64,000 bases of DNA, from positions 124,001 to 188,000 of the forward strand of contig OZ025673.1 in the NCBI GenBank assembly GCA_964019335.1, written 5' to 3'. The position numbers and the translations under genes were made by a program. The notes below the pieces were generated by a model. The model was not told the DNA's origin, searched no databases, and saw nothing but the letters and a program-made list of their open reading frames with translations. Shown piece after piece: positions 21,080 to 32,821 of the stretch. Position 1 is the first letter of the stretch; each line of letters opens with the position of its first letter. Source of the DNA: Diplonema japonicum (taxonomy: Eukaryota; Protista; Euglenozoa: Diplonemea).

Positions 21080-21535
21080 TCATAACTCCTCCTGCTGTGT
21101 GGGCGATGTGAGGGACATCCCGCTGAGCTCGTTGATGTACTCCAGCGTAACACCAGGGTACCAGTCGGTCACCCTCCCTATGAGGGGGTACTTTTCGTTG
21201 AACTTCTCTGCAAAGCTAAAGAGCTCTTCCCACTGCACCATCGTCAGGTCTTCGAGGTTTTGCTCTTCGGTGTCGAGGGAGCGCTTTGTGGCCAAAGCAC
21301 GACTGCCCTCCTTCCCAAGAACATACCTGTATCGTCCCTTAGGGCCATAGTAGTGTGACGCACTACTTACATCAAATATATAAGATAGAACAGACACCCA
21401 AGCTCTTTCACCGTTTCCCTGTTCAACTGCTTCTGCAAGCTCTCTTCGTGTCATTAGACATGTTCCCTTCTCCGCGCACTCGTAGGCCGCGCTGTTTGCT
21501 ACTATAGCTACAACGATTAGTAGGCATGCTTGCAT
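21080..21535 (-). CDS. Cytochrome b5-like heme/steroid-binding protein (MAPR/neudesin family) with signal peptide
   Basis: WVSVLSYIFDVSSASHYYGPKGRYRYVLGKEGSRALA...W...F.EKYPLIGRV; hydrophobic N-terminus. Confidence 0.85.
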   Translation of the reverse strand: MQACLLIVVAIVANSAAYECAEKGTCLMTRRELAEAVEQGNGERAWVSVLSYIFDVSSASHYYGPKGRYRYVLGKEGSRALATKRSLDTEEQNLEDLTMVQWEELFSFAEKFNEKYPLIGRVTDWYPGVTLEYINELSGMSLTSPTQQEEL

Positions 21536-21906
21536 CTTCTGCTTCCTCCTTTTTCTTTTCTTTTGATAATTGATGCAAAAAAAAATACAAGGATGGGGGA
21601 TAAAAAGGGGGGGGGGGAAATGGAAGGAAAAAAAAGAGAAACAAAAGAGAGAAAAATATCTATAAAAATTCAGACCTTTTTTTAAAAAAAAAAAAATGAG
21701 AAAGAAAGATTACATTCACAGAGACGTAATAGAACGAGGTGGGGGGGGGGGGGGGGTAATGGTAGTTGCCATGTCTTATTTTTTTTCTCTTCTTCTCATC
21801 TTTTTTCTTCTTCTTTCTTCCTCTTTTTTTTTTTTACCGCACACAGGCAAAAATGAAAAAAAAAAAATGAATGGGAGAAAAAAAAAAAAAAGAAAAAAAA
21901 ACCTCC

Positions 21907-22577
21907 TCAAAGCAGCGGCCGTCGGAGGGTTCTCATACAACACGTCTTTGCCTGTTGTTTTTTCCCCCCTCCCCTCTTTTTTTCTCAACAAACCTTGACA
22001 GCTTCACACACGATTTTTGCAAAACGATGGACCTGCTCCTTGGCCTCAGGGGTGCAGAAGTAGACGTCAAGAGTAAAGGCCGACCGTTCAGGCCACTATT
22101 TTTTTTGAAAAATAAAAAATTGAAAGGGAAAGAAAAAAAAAAAAAAAAAAAAAATACCGTGTGGACGGCGTAGTGGCTAGTACTGAGCAACCCAAGCAAC
22201 GTGGCCCCTTGGGGGTTGAAACTATGGCTGATATGTTTGAGCACAGTGGACCCCGAGCACAGCGTTGCGGTGTTCAAGATGTTAGTCAGCTGTGTGCTGT
22301 TGTTCAAGATAGCTGCGTCGGCATCGAAGCCGTCAGCCATCACCTGCGCGCCTCCTGTGGGGAACTCGCTCATCCCTTCAAATTCCAACCCTTGCTTCTC
22401 ACCTTCATTCTTGCACACATCCCAAGCCGTCATGTTCACGTCAGGCACAAAACACTCCTCGGCCATACCATCGTCCAGATCGCTGTACTTCAGCAACAGC
22501 TTCATGCCCACAGGTGTGCTCCCGATCAAGATCGCAACCACGCACACGGTAACCATCAATCCTGCTATTCTCAACAT
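21907..22577 (-). CDS. Prokaryotic-type (SpeH/SpeD-like) pyruvoyl S-adenosylmethionine decarboxylase homolog with N-terminal signal/anchor; 3 exons
   Basis: HSFNPQGATLLGLLSTSHYAVHT|WPERSAFTLDVYFC after removing introns 22096-22157 and 21952-21993; matches the H.F.P.G......SESH..HTWPE....D.F.C signature. Confidence 0.85.
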
Positions 22578-23049
22578 TTTTCTTTCTTTTTTTTTTTTTC
22601 TTTTTTTCCTTAATCGTTCTTTTTTTCTTTTTTGAAATATTGGGGGACACAAAAAAAAAAAAAGAAAAGAAGGGGGGAAAAGAGAAAGAGGCATATGAAC
22701 AGGGGGGGGATTTTCTTTTTGAATTTCTTTTTAGTGTAAATGTGCTTTTTTTTGTTTTCTTTTTCTCTTTTTTTTTTTTTCCTTCTTTTTTTTATCGTAA
22801 ATTAAAAATAGTATACGGGAGGGGAGGGGGAACGTAAGAAACGCAGGGGACGTAGGAGAAAAAAAAAAAAAAGAAAAAAAAAGAGGAGATAAGGGTGTGG
22901 GCGCGTGACGATAAAAAATCCTTGCAGACGAAGTCAAAGGACTTGACTTATTTCTTACACGGCAGGAGAGAGAAAGGGAGAAGAGGAGGGTATTTTCCAG
23001 AAGGAAAACGTAGATTCTGAAAGAATTATGTACAAAACACCCCTCCCTG

Positions 23050-24195
23050 TCACTCACTACACTTGCCACGCTTGTGCAAGTCATCATCTAGAAGTTCCAC
23101 CGTGCGAGAGATAGATACGTCAGGGATAGTCCTGGCAAAAAAAAAAAAAAAAAAATTCGAACTCAAGTTTACTATTCTCATACTCATGCATGAACTGCTT
23201 TGCTTCGTAGAACCTTGTGCGCATGTAGGTCAGAAGATAAAGCTTGCTCTCCAACGCTGTCTGGTCATTAAGCCCATCGAGAAGGTTGGTGGTGTGCATC
23301 GCACCATAAAACACAACAACCAGCTGACAAAGCGCAATGATGACAAGAATAGTATGACGGCTCTTACTCTCCGTGCAGCCCCTGTTTTTTTTTTTTTTTC
23401 TTCTTTCCCCCGTTCATACTCGCTGCTCTCTGAACCGTACGAAGACTTGGACGGAGTGCACTTAATGTGCTCATTGTTCAACATGTATATTTCTGTGTAC
23501 AGAAAGGTAGTCAGAACGGCCAGCAGCCAGAACCCGCCCACTAAGTACTTTCTCAAGAAGGACTCATTGGACCCTATGGCGCCCATGATGCCGTAGAGGG
23601 ATGCGATGACAGCTACACAGCCAGCTGTAGAGGTCGCGAGGACAGATGCGAACTGTCCGCCTTCAAGTTCCTTAGACCCGAGGCCGAAGACGACGATGGC
23701 CAGACAGAACTGGACAATGTTCAAGTAGAACAGTATGCAGCGGTAGTATGCGGACTCTACCTGCTCGATGCGGATCCTCGCCACCAGCAGCTGCACTGTC
23801 AGTTGGCCGTACTGGTCGACGGACTTTAAGAAGCCGGCTGCGTCGGTGTTGACGTCCGTCACATACCCGCTTCCTTTCACGAGCGACTTCTTTCTGTCTG
23901 GAGAGGACGCTATCTGTTGTGGGCTCATCCCGCTCTTTAGCTTGTCTTGCTGTGCTTCCTTCACTGCGAAGAATACGCCGGTAGCCAGTTTGTATCTCTC
24001 CATCGTCGCGTCTTCGTCCTCGCCGAACAGCTCCGTCAGCCCGCACGCTTCCTTCAGCTGGTCGTACCATCTCATGTAGTCCGTCTGTACACCTTTCCAG
24101 TTCGCCTCACCCGCCACCTCCGTGAAGCTTTTCATGTCATCTGTGTCTATCCAATCCTCATACGATGTCGCCTTCGAGACCTGCTCTTTGTTCAT
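23050..24195 (-). CDS. Four-TM (tetraspanin-like topology) membrane protein, 3 exons
   Basis: ORF 23230-24195 joins 23120-23314 and a final exon via short GT-AG introns; four hydrophobic segments with a Cys pair in the loop between TM3 and TM4. Confidence 0.65.
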
Positions 24196-24278
24196 TCCGA
24201 GTAGTGGGATCAGGCACCTGTGTGATATGTTGGATTTTGCTATTTAGATAAGGGTTAAAATATTCTCTTCATTTTATG

Positions 24279-25136
24279 TTATTTTAAGATCTTGGGCTGC
24301 CTCCGTCTCCGTAAGGTGACGATGACCCAGTTGGCCATAATGTCCCGGGCCAGCTCGGTGCGGACCTTTTGCTGGAAAGCGGTTTGTGTTGGGGTGGCGG
24401 GGCGGCGCACGAACCGCGAGAAGGCAGCACCTTCAGATACAATGAAGAAAGTGCGTGCCTCAGCTTCATGGGCGATGATATGTTGCTGCTCTGAAAGGCA
24501 GAGCACGTCTACAGGTACTGACACTTCTGTTACGTCCATCGGGTCCTTAGATTCCCTGTGAGCTTGGGTTATAAGATGTACTTGCAGGCGTTTACATTTT
24601 GTAGAAACGTTCTTTTTGGCGAGGAGTGAACGGAAAAAGGTTTGGATGACACGTGCTGGGCGGTCGTGGCGAAGGAGCAATGGTCGTTTCGACATAGCGA
24701 TCCACCACCTCTGGATGAAGACCACTGAGTAAAGAAAATACTGTGCAGTCCGTTCTGCTTCTCTTGCAGCCTTGAGGGAAGCGAGTTTCCGTGTTGCGTG
24801 CCGGCGTTTCACCCATCGCTGTGCAGCTTGGAGCTTAGGGGGTCTCGGATTTTGCCTCCCTTCAGCCCAATTCAGCAAATTATCTATATTCACTACGTCT
24901 TTGAAAGGAGGCGCACGTGGCTTGGGGCTGTACCCTTCCGTGTACCACAGCAGCGCGTTCCTCCCTGTTCTTTCCTTCTCATTTTCCGAAGGTTTCACCT
25001 TTGACATCCTTAGGTTGCATAGCCCGCTGCGCCATGTCCCCAGTAACTTGCGACGGGCCTCCTTCTCCTCAACAAGCAACATACCATACCATGCATGCGG
25101 TGTGTGCATGTTGTGGCCTGTTGTCACATTTCTCAA
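24279..25136 (-). CDS. IQ-motif-containing hypothetical protein (5' end uncertain)
   Basis: LQAAQRWVKRR, FIQRWWIAM and VIQTFFRSLLAKK are IQ-like motifs. Confidence 0.65.
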   Translation of the reverse strand: MRNVTTGHNMHTPHAWYGMLLVEEKEARRKLLGTWRSGLCNLRMSKVKPSENEKERTGRNALLWYTEGYSPKPRAPPFKDVVNIDNLLNWAEGRQNPRPPKLQAAQRWVKRRHATRKLASLKAAREAERTAQYFLYSVVFIQRWWIAMSKRPLLLRHDRPARVIQTFFRSLLAKKNVSTKCKRLQVHLITQAHRESKDPMDVTEVSVPVDVLCLSEQQHIIAHEAEARTFFIVSEGAAFSRFVRRPATPTQTAFQQKVRTELARDIMANWVIVTLRRRRQPKILK

Positions 25137-25332
25137 AGAAGAAAAGAGGGAATGTTGAATTAAACTTATTCTCTATGTACTGCGTGTAAACATTTTGTTT
25201 TCTTTCTTTTTGCTTTTTTTCTTTACCATTGGTTTACCCCCCCTTTTTTTTCTTCCTTTCTACACGTTCCTCACGTCAAGAGCTGACCCGATGTTGATGA
25301 ACGTGGGGCGGATAGATCCACTTTTTTTTAAA

Positions 25333-25569
25333 TTATTTCCCTCCCCCCCCCCCCCCCCTCCCCCCGCTTTTGCCCAGTGATGCATACCCCGCAGAGTGGT
25401 GGTGTGCTTCATGAGTAGCAGAAGGCGGTAGCTGATGGATCCTCACTCCAGGAGGCAATTTTTTTCCGTCGGGACCTACTCGATTTGCGGGGGGAGCTTG
25501 GTGGTGGTGGTGGTGCGTGTGGTTGTTGTGGCTGTGCTGTGTGTGGCTCTGACTATGGTGGTGGGTCAT
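25333..25569 (-). CDS. Short His-rich ORF or upstream exon
   Basis: MTHHHSQSHTQHSHNNHTHHHHHQAPPANRVGPDGKKLPPGVRIH...; GTATGC donor near its end. Confidence 0.4.
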   Translation of the reverse strand: MTHHHSQSHTQHSHNNHTHHHHHQAPPANRVGPDGKKLPPGVRIHQLPPSATHEAHHHSAGYASLGKSGGRGGGGGGK

Positions 25570-27554
25570 GTAAGTTCCCTGAGCAGTATTGTAAGTGATA
25601 CAGGGGGTGTGACAAAAAGTTAACAAATGTTAAAAATAAATTGGGCACTATATGAAAAGTAGGGTGGTTGAAGAAAAAGAGTTTGAAAGAAAAAAATCAC
25701 TGTGAATGGGGGGGGGGGGGGAGAAAAGCTAAGGGTCGTACTCCACCCACCCACCACCCCCCAGTAAAAAAAACAACTAAGAAAATGAAATATAAAAATG
25801 CCATAACGAAAATACTGATAACAAGAGGAGAAAACCAATATTGCTGCCTCCCCCCCCTCTCCCCCCTCCCCCGCAGTCCCATCTTTCATATCTCAAATAA
25901 TACTAAAAAAATGTGAAACTTGCATGAAACAGAATCGTAAAAAATCGTAAAAAGGGAAGGGATAACACTCCCTCTTATTCCCCTCCCTCTTTTTTTTTTT
26001 TTTTTTTTTTTCTCTTCTTGTTCCCTGTTCCCTCAGTTGTAACTGAGTAAAGGCGGGTCTCGTGAAGAAAGGGGGGTGAACACAAAAAAATTCGATAAAT
26101 ATTCAGTGAGGGGTGCTCACTATTTACTGTACACAAAAAAAAAGAAGTAAGGGGAAACAGAAGTAGAGAGGGTGCAACACCAAAGAACGGGGTGGGGGGT
26201 GACCCACAGCCCTTTACCTTTCCCTTTTTTTGTTCACGGCTCTAGAGCACGCGGTCTCTCTCTTTTGTCTCCCTGTGGGTTTTATCACCCTCCTCCCCCT
26301 CCTGGGTCGCATTCCTGTTGCAGTTTGTAGATAACGGAAAGAAGAAAAAAAAAAGAGAAGAAATGGACTATTTCTTTTTTGAAAACTTTTTTATCGCAAG
26401 TGCTTAAAAAAAACCCCCCCCATCCACAAACCATAGAGAAAAAAAAAGATGAATATAAATGTAACCTTAAAAAGAGCTTCTCAAGCCTAAAATAGTTTCC
26501 TGGCTTATTGTGGTCACGATGCAGGGAGGGGGGGAGAGGGGGGAGCTGAACATGTGCTCCCAATATAATCAAGGGGAGGGGGGGCGAAAAATAAAAGGTT
26601 TTTTTTTTTTTTTTTTTGCGTAGTAAAATTATTCTTTTTGTCTGTGTGGGCAAACAGTTCCAAACTTTCTTCTTTTTCTTTTTTCCTTTTTTCTTTTTTT
26701 CCCCTTTCACACATAACGCTGCCAGCATTTTCAAATGTTTCTATTCGTAAAAAAAAAAAAAAAAAAGAAAAGAAAAGCAAAAAAGCTTAGTCAGACATCA
26801 CCTTGTATTTACTTTCTATTGTTGCCTTCAGCCAAGCAACCGATCCACAAAAATGAGGAACACGAGAGGGCAGAGACTGCCACCCTTGCCCATATGAAAG
26901 CTTCGAGAGAAAAAGAATTCAACTATTTTCGAAAAACACACGATTTCTGACCTCTTAGGACCTCTCATACCCCTAGGCATACTCACATGAACTACATTAG
27001 GTGGCTATTATTCACAGTTTCTGTGGAGGACAGAGACAAAAAGGCCTTACATCCGAATACAGCGCCTATGCTCGGGGTATCATCGATAGCTTACGAAAAG
27101 GTAGCGGAGCAGGAGAAGCGGGGAGGTAACGTGGAAACGGGGGGGTGTTTTGGCTTTTTTTTTTTTTTTTCTTTTTTTTTTCTCCCATACACGGTTTCCC
27201 AAATATCTTATATTCCGTTTGGCCGAAAGGGCATATGGCCTATGTAATACCGGGCCATAAAAGTCCCAAGTTGTGAGATGAAAAACCCTAATAAAATCTT
27301 CCAGAATTTTTCCCCGGAAAAAAAAAAAAAAAAAAAAAAAAAAAAACAATAAAAAATCCTATAATAAAGTAGTCAAACCTATTTGCGACAACGGCACTAA
27401 TGTCTTTATTACACATTGGAAAGAAGAAAAAAAAAAATATATTTCATATTTAGATAACCGTGTGTTCATAAACATATTTACTTTCAAAACAAAAAAAAAC
27501 AAAAACAAAAAAAAAAAACCTGGCTAAAGTATCTACCGAACTCCCCCTATTCTT

Positions 27555-28853
27555 TCATTTCTGTGTTTTTACAACCACGGGAGGGGGACGCTTATGGCCA
27601 CGCGGCGTGGCGGGGAAGGAGGAAGTGGGAGATCTCGGCGGGCTCATCCCTCCCGAAGACTCACAAGACTGCCCAAGCAAGAACAAAGACTCTGACTTCG
27701 CCAACGTCCTGTTACTCCGAGACCGGTTCTCCTGGATAATCTGCTCCTCGAGTGTGGTATCAACAAAAGGAGAGCGCCCGTTCAAAGGAGGAACCTCAAT
27801 ACCAGGCACCATGTACTGAATAAGCGCGTCGTAAGAAGCAGCTTTGGTAAGCCACTTTTTCTGCCGTACAGCGCACTCCTGCATAATCTGCTCGCTCAGA
27901 ACAGGGTCGTCTTTAACCTTTGACTTCATCGACAACGACGGGACACATCGAGGCGTCGAGACCTCGAAGGTGTGCTCATTCAAATCCTGGCTTTCACACG
28001 AAGACACGTCATCAGCATCATCGCCATCATTGGGTGGGCTTTGGCCTTGTGCCTTTGGCAAGGGAGGTGGCGGGTGTGCTTGCGATGTCTTTAATTTCCG
28101 CAGTTCCAAATCCTTGCACCGCAGCTCTGCCCGGAGTTCTAAAATTGTCGAATGCGCCATTCTCAAATCGTTCTCAAGTTTTTTATTCTCCGCGGCATCG
28201 ACAGTCTCCAGAACCTGCCCCATTTCTACCACCTTCCGGCGTAGGCTTGCTACCGTTTTCTGCAACGCCACAGTGTTGCTCCCGCCCCCTCCGCCCGACT
28301 CCATGTAGACATCTGTATCAAGGTCGTCCTTCGCTGTTTCAAGAAACCTCACTTCATTGCTGTACGCCTCGTGGATCTTTCCTCTTCCTTGGTTTTCTGA
28401 TATGACGAGCTCCGCCCAGCATGCTGATATGATGTTCCTCACCTGGTACTCGGCTTGCAGTGTCACTTCTCGCAAGGCCAGATCCTCCGATTGTTGGATA
28501 GCAGCCCTCCCATGGCCTTCCCTTTCGACTATAGCTGGAAGCAGGACAGCGGTTGCAAGCTGTTCATTTCTCTCGCTTGGAGATGCTGTCGGCAAAGGAA
28601 GGGGGAGGGGGGACTTGTAGGGTTGTATTTCCTTGATGTTCAGCAGTGGGGCCTTCTCAGTCACGTGCAGACCTGGGATCTCTGTCGCCGAACGAGTCTT
28701 CACGTTCCCCCTCTGAAGCTGCTTGTATTCCTTCAAGAGGTACAGGTCCAGCTCTGCCAGCTCCGGTGTTTTCGCGTTCTCAACCTTCGGCAGGCGTTGC
28801 TTTCCGTTGCAGTCTTTCAGGTTTTTCAGGCTTTCAAGCCGCCTGACGCTCAT
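27555..28853 (-). CDS. Hypothetical coiled-coil protein
   Basis: Long ORF from MSVRRL; central heptad-rich region and Pro/Ser-rich tail. Confidence 0.7.
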   Translation of the reverse strand: MSVRRLESLKNLKDCNGKQRLPKVENAKTPELAELDLYLLKEYKQLQRGNVKTRSATEIPGLHVTEKAPLLNIKEIQPYKSPLPLPLPTASPSERNEQLATAVLLPAIVEREGHGRAAIQQSEDLALREVTLQAEYQVRNIISACWAELVISENQGRGKIHEAYSNEVRFLETAKDDLDTDVYMESGGGGGSNTVALQKTVASLRRKVVEMGQVLETVDAAENKKLENDLRMAHSTILELRAELRCKDLELRKLKTSQAHPPPPLPKAQGQSPPNDGDDADDVSSCESQDLNEHTFEVSTPRCVPSLSMKSKVKDDPVLSEQIMQECAVRQKKWLTKAASYDALIQYMVPGIEVPPLNGRSPFVDTTLEEQIIQENRSRSNRTLAKSESLFLLGQSCESSGGMSPPRSPTSSFPATPRGHKRPPPVVVKTQK

Positions 28854-29204
28854 TGTGAGCCCCCCTCTCGCCTCACCCTCCTGGAAGGGTTTTTTTTTTT
28901 TGCAATGGGTGATGATGGGGGGAAGAAAATATAGAATCAAGTTAGGTACCGTCCGGAAACATAAGAAAAGGGAAGCAGAGTAAATTCGATAAAGTTTCAG
29001 TGTGCAAGGGGCTGTAAAAAGAAGAAAAAAGAAAGTTTAAGGGCAAATACCACTTGAGGACGCCACCCCCTTGAATTAAAAAAAAAGGGGGGGGGGGGAA
29101 TATCGATTGCTACATTAAATGAAAGATCCCAGTGTAGCCCCTTTCAAGGAAATGCTTGCGTGGTGTGCAACGCATTAACAAGAAGAAAAAAAACAAGAGA
29201 AAAG

Positions 29205-29287
29205 TATATGAGTTAAAGGAAGTTTTTGTGAGACGCCCCCTTGTTCTCATATTCTACCTGCACCTGTCCTCTTTCAGCAGCGGTTTC
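29205..29287 (-). mobile_element. ~80-bp 3'-terminal fragment of the LINE at 4898-11069
   Basis: TATATGAGTTAAAGGAAGTTTTTGTGAGACGCCCCCTTGTTCTCATATTCTACCTGCACCTGTCCTCTTTCAGCAGCGG nearly matches 4896-4975; A-tract flanks on +. Confidence 0.92.
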
Positions 29288-29325
29288 AAAAAAAAGAAAA
29301 AAAATACTTCGATTTTGCTTACTTC

Positions 29326-29982
29326 TTACTGCGGCGGTGAATCAGGCTGGTTCGACGGGTGGGCTGCAACAACGGAAGGATGCGCAAAGCAGTTCTCCGC
29401 CACTCTCTTGATCGTGGGGTACGCTTCAAGAGACACATTGTACTTCTCAGTCGCATTAAACACCTGCGGGACAAGGCAGCAGTCCGCAAGGGTCAGTGTG
29501 TCTCCATAGCAATACTTTCCCGATGTCTCCAAAAGGACTTGCTCAAGTGCGGTGAAGCCATTGGTGATCCAATGCTGCGCCCAAGGCAGTGTGTGGGAAG
29601 CACCGAAATTCTTTTTAATTTCACGGAGAACACCGAGGTTCTGAATGGGTTGGACACCTGAGGCAATCAGTTCACAAATTGCCCTCACCTTCGCCACCCC
29701 TTCTGGTGTGTCTGGCAGCATTCTCTCAGCGTCTGGGAACCTCTCTTCCAAATAATTCATTATCGCTAAGCTTTGCTGCAGCATCACACCGTTTTCCGTC
29801 TTCAAGACGGGCACTTGTCGCATTGGGTTCAACTTCTCATACCCGTCTGTTTTTTGTTGGTTTTGCTGTATGTTCACCGAGATGTACTCATATTGTATTC
29901 CCTTGTGTGCCAGGGCTATGCGTACTCTAAAGGAACAACTCGAGGAAAAGAAATTGTACAGTTTCAACTTAGTTCCGGACAT
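29326..29982 (-). CDS. GSTZ1: Glutathione S-transferase zeta / maleylacetoacetate isomerase
   Basis: LYNFFSSSCSFRVRIAL (SSC motif), LNPMRQVPVL, QSLAIMNYLEE, IASGVQPIQNL, TLADCCLVPQVFNA, AHPSNQPD. Confidence 0.95.
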   Translation of the reverse strand: MSGTKLKLYNFFSSSCSFRVRIALAHKGIQYEYISVNIQQNQQKTDGYEKLNPMRQVPVLKTENGVMLQQSLAIMNYLEERFPDAERMLPDTPEGVAKVRAICELIASGVQPIQNLGVLREIKKNFGASHTLPWAQHWITNGFTALEQVLLETSGKYCYGDTLTLADCCLVPQVFNATEKYNVSLEAYPTIKRVAENCFAHPSVVAAHPSNQPDSPPQ

Positions 29983-30293
29983 TTGTGTATTTTGGACCTT
30001 TTTAACCTTTTTTTTGGGGGGGGAGGGAAGCGAGAAAATATAGGAAAAAAAAACTAAAAGATGGTTGCGAGTTTTTTTTTTTTTATTTGTTTTGTTTTTT
30101 TTTTTTTTTTTTTTTGTTTTCAAATTTCAAAGATTTAAGAAGTAATAATAATTATAAAAAAAAAAAAAAAAAACTACAAAGCAACGGTTACGGCGAATTT
30201 AGATTTTAATTTCCACCAAACTCCATTATCCTATTTTTTTTTTTTTTTTTTAAACCTTTCTTTTTACGGCTAAACTTCGGGGTCAGCGATGGC

Positions 30294-30328
<35 letters not shown>

Positions 30329-31072
30329 GGTGTTTCTTAAACAGGGAACGGTGGAGAAAAAAAAATACAATTGGTTGTTTATTACCGTATTTGTAGTTTT
30401 TCCTCAAAATATGATGCTGGCACAGCGGGGGGGAAGAAGAAAAATTCGATTAAGTTTCAGTTGCATGGGGGGGGGGGGGGGGGATGCTCATTGTTGAAAG
30501 AAAAAAAAAAGAATTACACGGGCTTTCTTTTTACAAACGTGTAATGAGTGCGTAAACGTCAAACTAAACGTCAAAAAAAAAAAAAAAAAATAACCAAACA
30601 AGAATATATATAAAAAAAAAAAAAAGAGGGAATTATTACTGATGCATAAGGCGTGAGGAGGGAATAATAATATGATAAAAAACCTGAAACCACTACCGTG
30701 AAAAAAAGAGACCTAACCTATACATTACAAGTGCTCTTTTGCCGATTTCGCCACGCGCCAGTGCAACTTTCTTTTTTTCTTTTTCTTTTTTCTTTTTTGG
30801 AAACAGCACCTACTACCAGGAGAAAGAACTTCCTTCTTTCTTTTATTTCTTATCCCGTTTTCTTTTTTTTGGGGGGGGTATTTCTTTTAGAGAAAGCCTT
30901 TCTCGTCCGTTCATGGAGACGCAAGTAGGGTATGAAGAAAGAAATGTTTATGCTGTAAAGGCAACGAAAAGACGACAAAGCCTTAAGGACAAGCCTACCG
31001 CAACCGCCTTCTCTATGAGCAGACTAAAAAAAACAGCTTTTTTGTCTTAAAAAAAACCTTTCTTTTTTCTTA

Positions 31073-31252
31073 CGCCCATATCACCAAAACCTGTCTGTCT
31101 ACGGGAAGGCGAGGGTCGAAAAAAAAAAAAAAAAAAAAAAACGTTCCCTTTTAAAGAAAAAGGGAGTTCAACAATAAATAAATAAGAAAATTGAGAGCTA
31201 TCGCCCCAAGTCCCAGGATTTGACTAGACAGGTTTTTAGAGATATGGGGGCG
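31073..31252. mobile_element. 180-bp MITE-like element, possibly piggyBac-type
   Basis: CGCCCATATCACCAAAACCTGTCTGTC and GACTAGACAGGTTTTTAGAGATATGGGGGCG form an imperfect inverted repeat; TTAA on the right, CTTA on the left. Confidence 0.55.
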
Positions 31253-31354
31253 TTAATATTTTTTTTTCCTCTCCTTTATCATTTCTTTTTTTTTTCCCCC
31301 TATTCTTTTTCTTTTGCAGATAACAAAAAAAAAAAAAATAAAAAGCATAGTATC

Positions 31355-32789
31355 CAGGGTTAACCGATCACCCGCGGGTTTTTAATTACAATCGGGTTTT
31401 AAATTGACGTCAAATGAAAGGCGAGCATGCAACCATGCTTAAAACCCTTATATTCGTATCCCGGCCCCCCCAGATACACAAAGCCGGCCCCAGGGAGCAT
31501 CAAAACGACTTAGAAAAGGATTATTTTCTCGAAAAGCTGTTTTTTCGCTTTTTTTGACGGGTTTTTAATTAAAAGCGAAAAAACAAAAAAAATCGAAAAT
31601 CAAAAATTAAAACAGGAGGAGAGCATGCAATCATGCTTAAAACCCTTTGTTTCATCCCCCGTGCCCCCCAGATACACAAAGCCGACCCCAGGGAGCATCA
31701 AAATGACATAGAAAAGGATTATTTTCCCGAAAAGCTGGTGCTTCCCTGTTTCAGGCAGGATCCTAATTGGGAGCGAAATCAAAAGTCAATAATTAAAACG
31801 GGAGGAGAGCACGCAACCATGCATATAATAACCCTTTTATTCGCCCCCCAGATACACATAGCCGACCCCAGGGAGCATCAAAACGACTTAGAAAAGGATT
31901 ATTTTCCCGAAAGGCTGTTTTTTCGCTTTTTTTGGCGGTTTTTCTTCTTTTTTCTGTTTAAATAGGAGCGAAATCAAAAATCAATAATTAGAACGGGAGG
32001 AGAGCATGCAACCATACTTATAACCCTTCTATTCGTCTCCCGGACCTCCCAGGTACACAACGCCTGCATCGAAACAACTTAGAAAAGGATTATTTTCCCG
32101 AAAATCGGCATTCTCCCTGTTTTTGGCGGATTTTTAACTGGGCACGAAAGTCAATAATGAAAAACATTGAAACTTGAACGGGAAGTAGCAACGCACAAAG
32201 TAAGGGGGCGCCTTGAAAAGCTCCATGGGACACACGGAAGCGTTCTTAGCCTTGTCAGCAGCGATCCTGCTAGCAAGTGTGCCCTTGGTGCCGTAGGAGC
32301 TTAATTTCCTCCTTTTGGCATGGGCCACCAGCTGGTCCAGGAACAAGTGTCGGACATTTTATCCTAAAAAAAAGTATTTGGGGTGAGTTCTTACGAAAAT
32401 AATAAAAAAGTCCGAAAACCAGTTTTTTCAAAACTGCATTTAAGGCCTTAAATAAGGCTCTATTTTGGGTTTTAATGGCTGGGATGGGCTCAGATCGTCA
32501 AAATAGGGTTTTTGAAAAAAAAAAATTTGAGCATGGTCTTGGTATTTTTTTGCCAGAAATATGGGTTTTGGATCGATCAAACCGATCCGAAATTAAAAAA
32601 AACCGATCAGACCGATCCGAAATTAGAAAAAAACCGATCATAAACCGATCAAACCGATCCGAAATTAAAAAAAAAACCGATCAAACCGATCCGAAATTAG
32701 AAAAAAACCGATCATTAACCCGACTGTGATCGAAAATCCAAAATTGCTCGGGTCGGGTTTCAAAACCCGAAGGTGATCGGTTAACCCTG
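31355..32789. mobile_element. Non-autonomous hAT-like DNA transposon
   Basis: TIR CAGGGTTAACCGATCACC ... GGTGATCGGTTAACCCTG; many subterminal AACCGATC motifs at 32570-32720; no clean 8-bp TSD. Confidence 0.8.
31423..32130. repeat. Four diverged ~190-bp tandem units inside the hAT-like element
   Basis: Units begin GAGCA(T/C)GCAA at 31423, 31621, 31807 and 32002; each contains (T/A)TAGAAAAGGATTATTTTC. Confidence 0.9.
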
Positions 32790-32821
32790 GACATATGAAA
32801 AAGGAGAAAAAATGGGGGGGA

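Noticed and set aside
26735-27250. Possible small gene in moderately complex sequence
   Set aside because: No consistent frame, motif or splice model could be assembled by eye.
31423-32720. Possible CRISPR-like array
   Set aside because: Whole units are homologous with no unique spacers, there are no cas genes, and the context is a eukaryotic TIR element.
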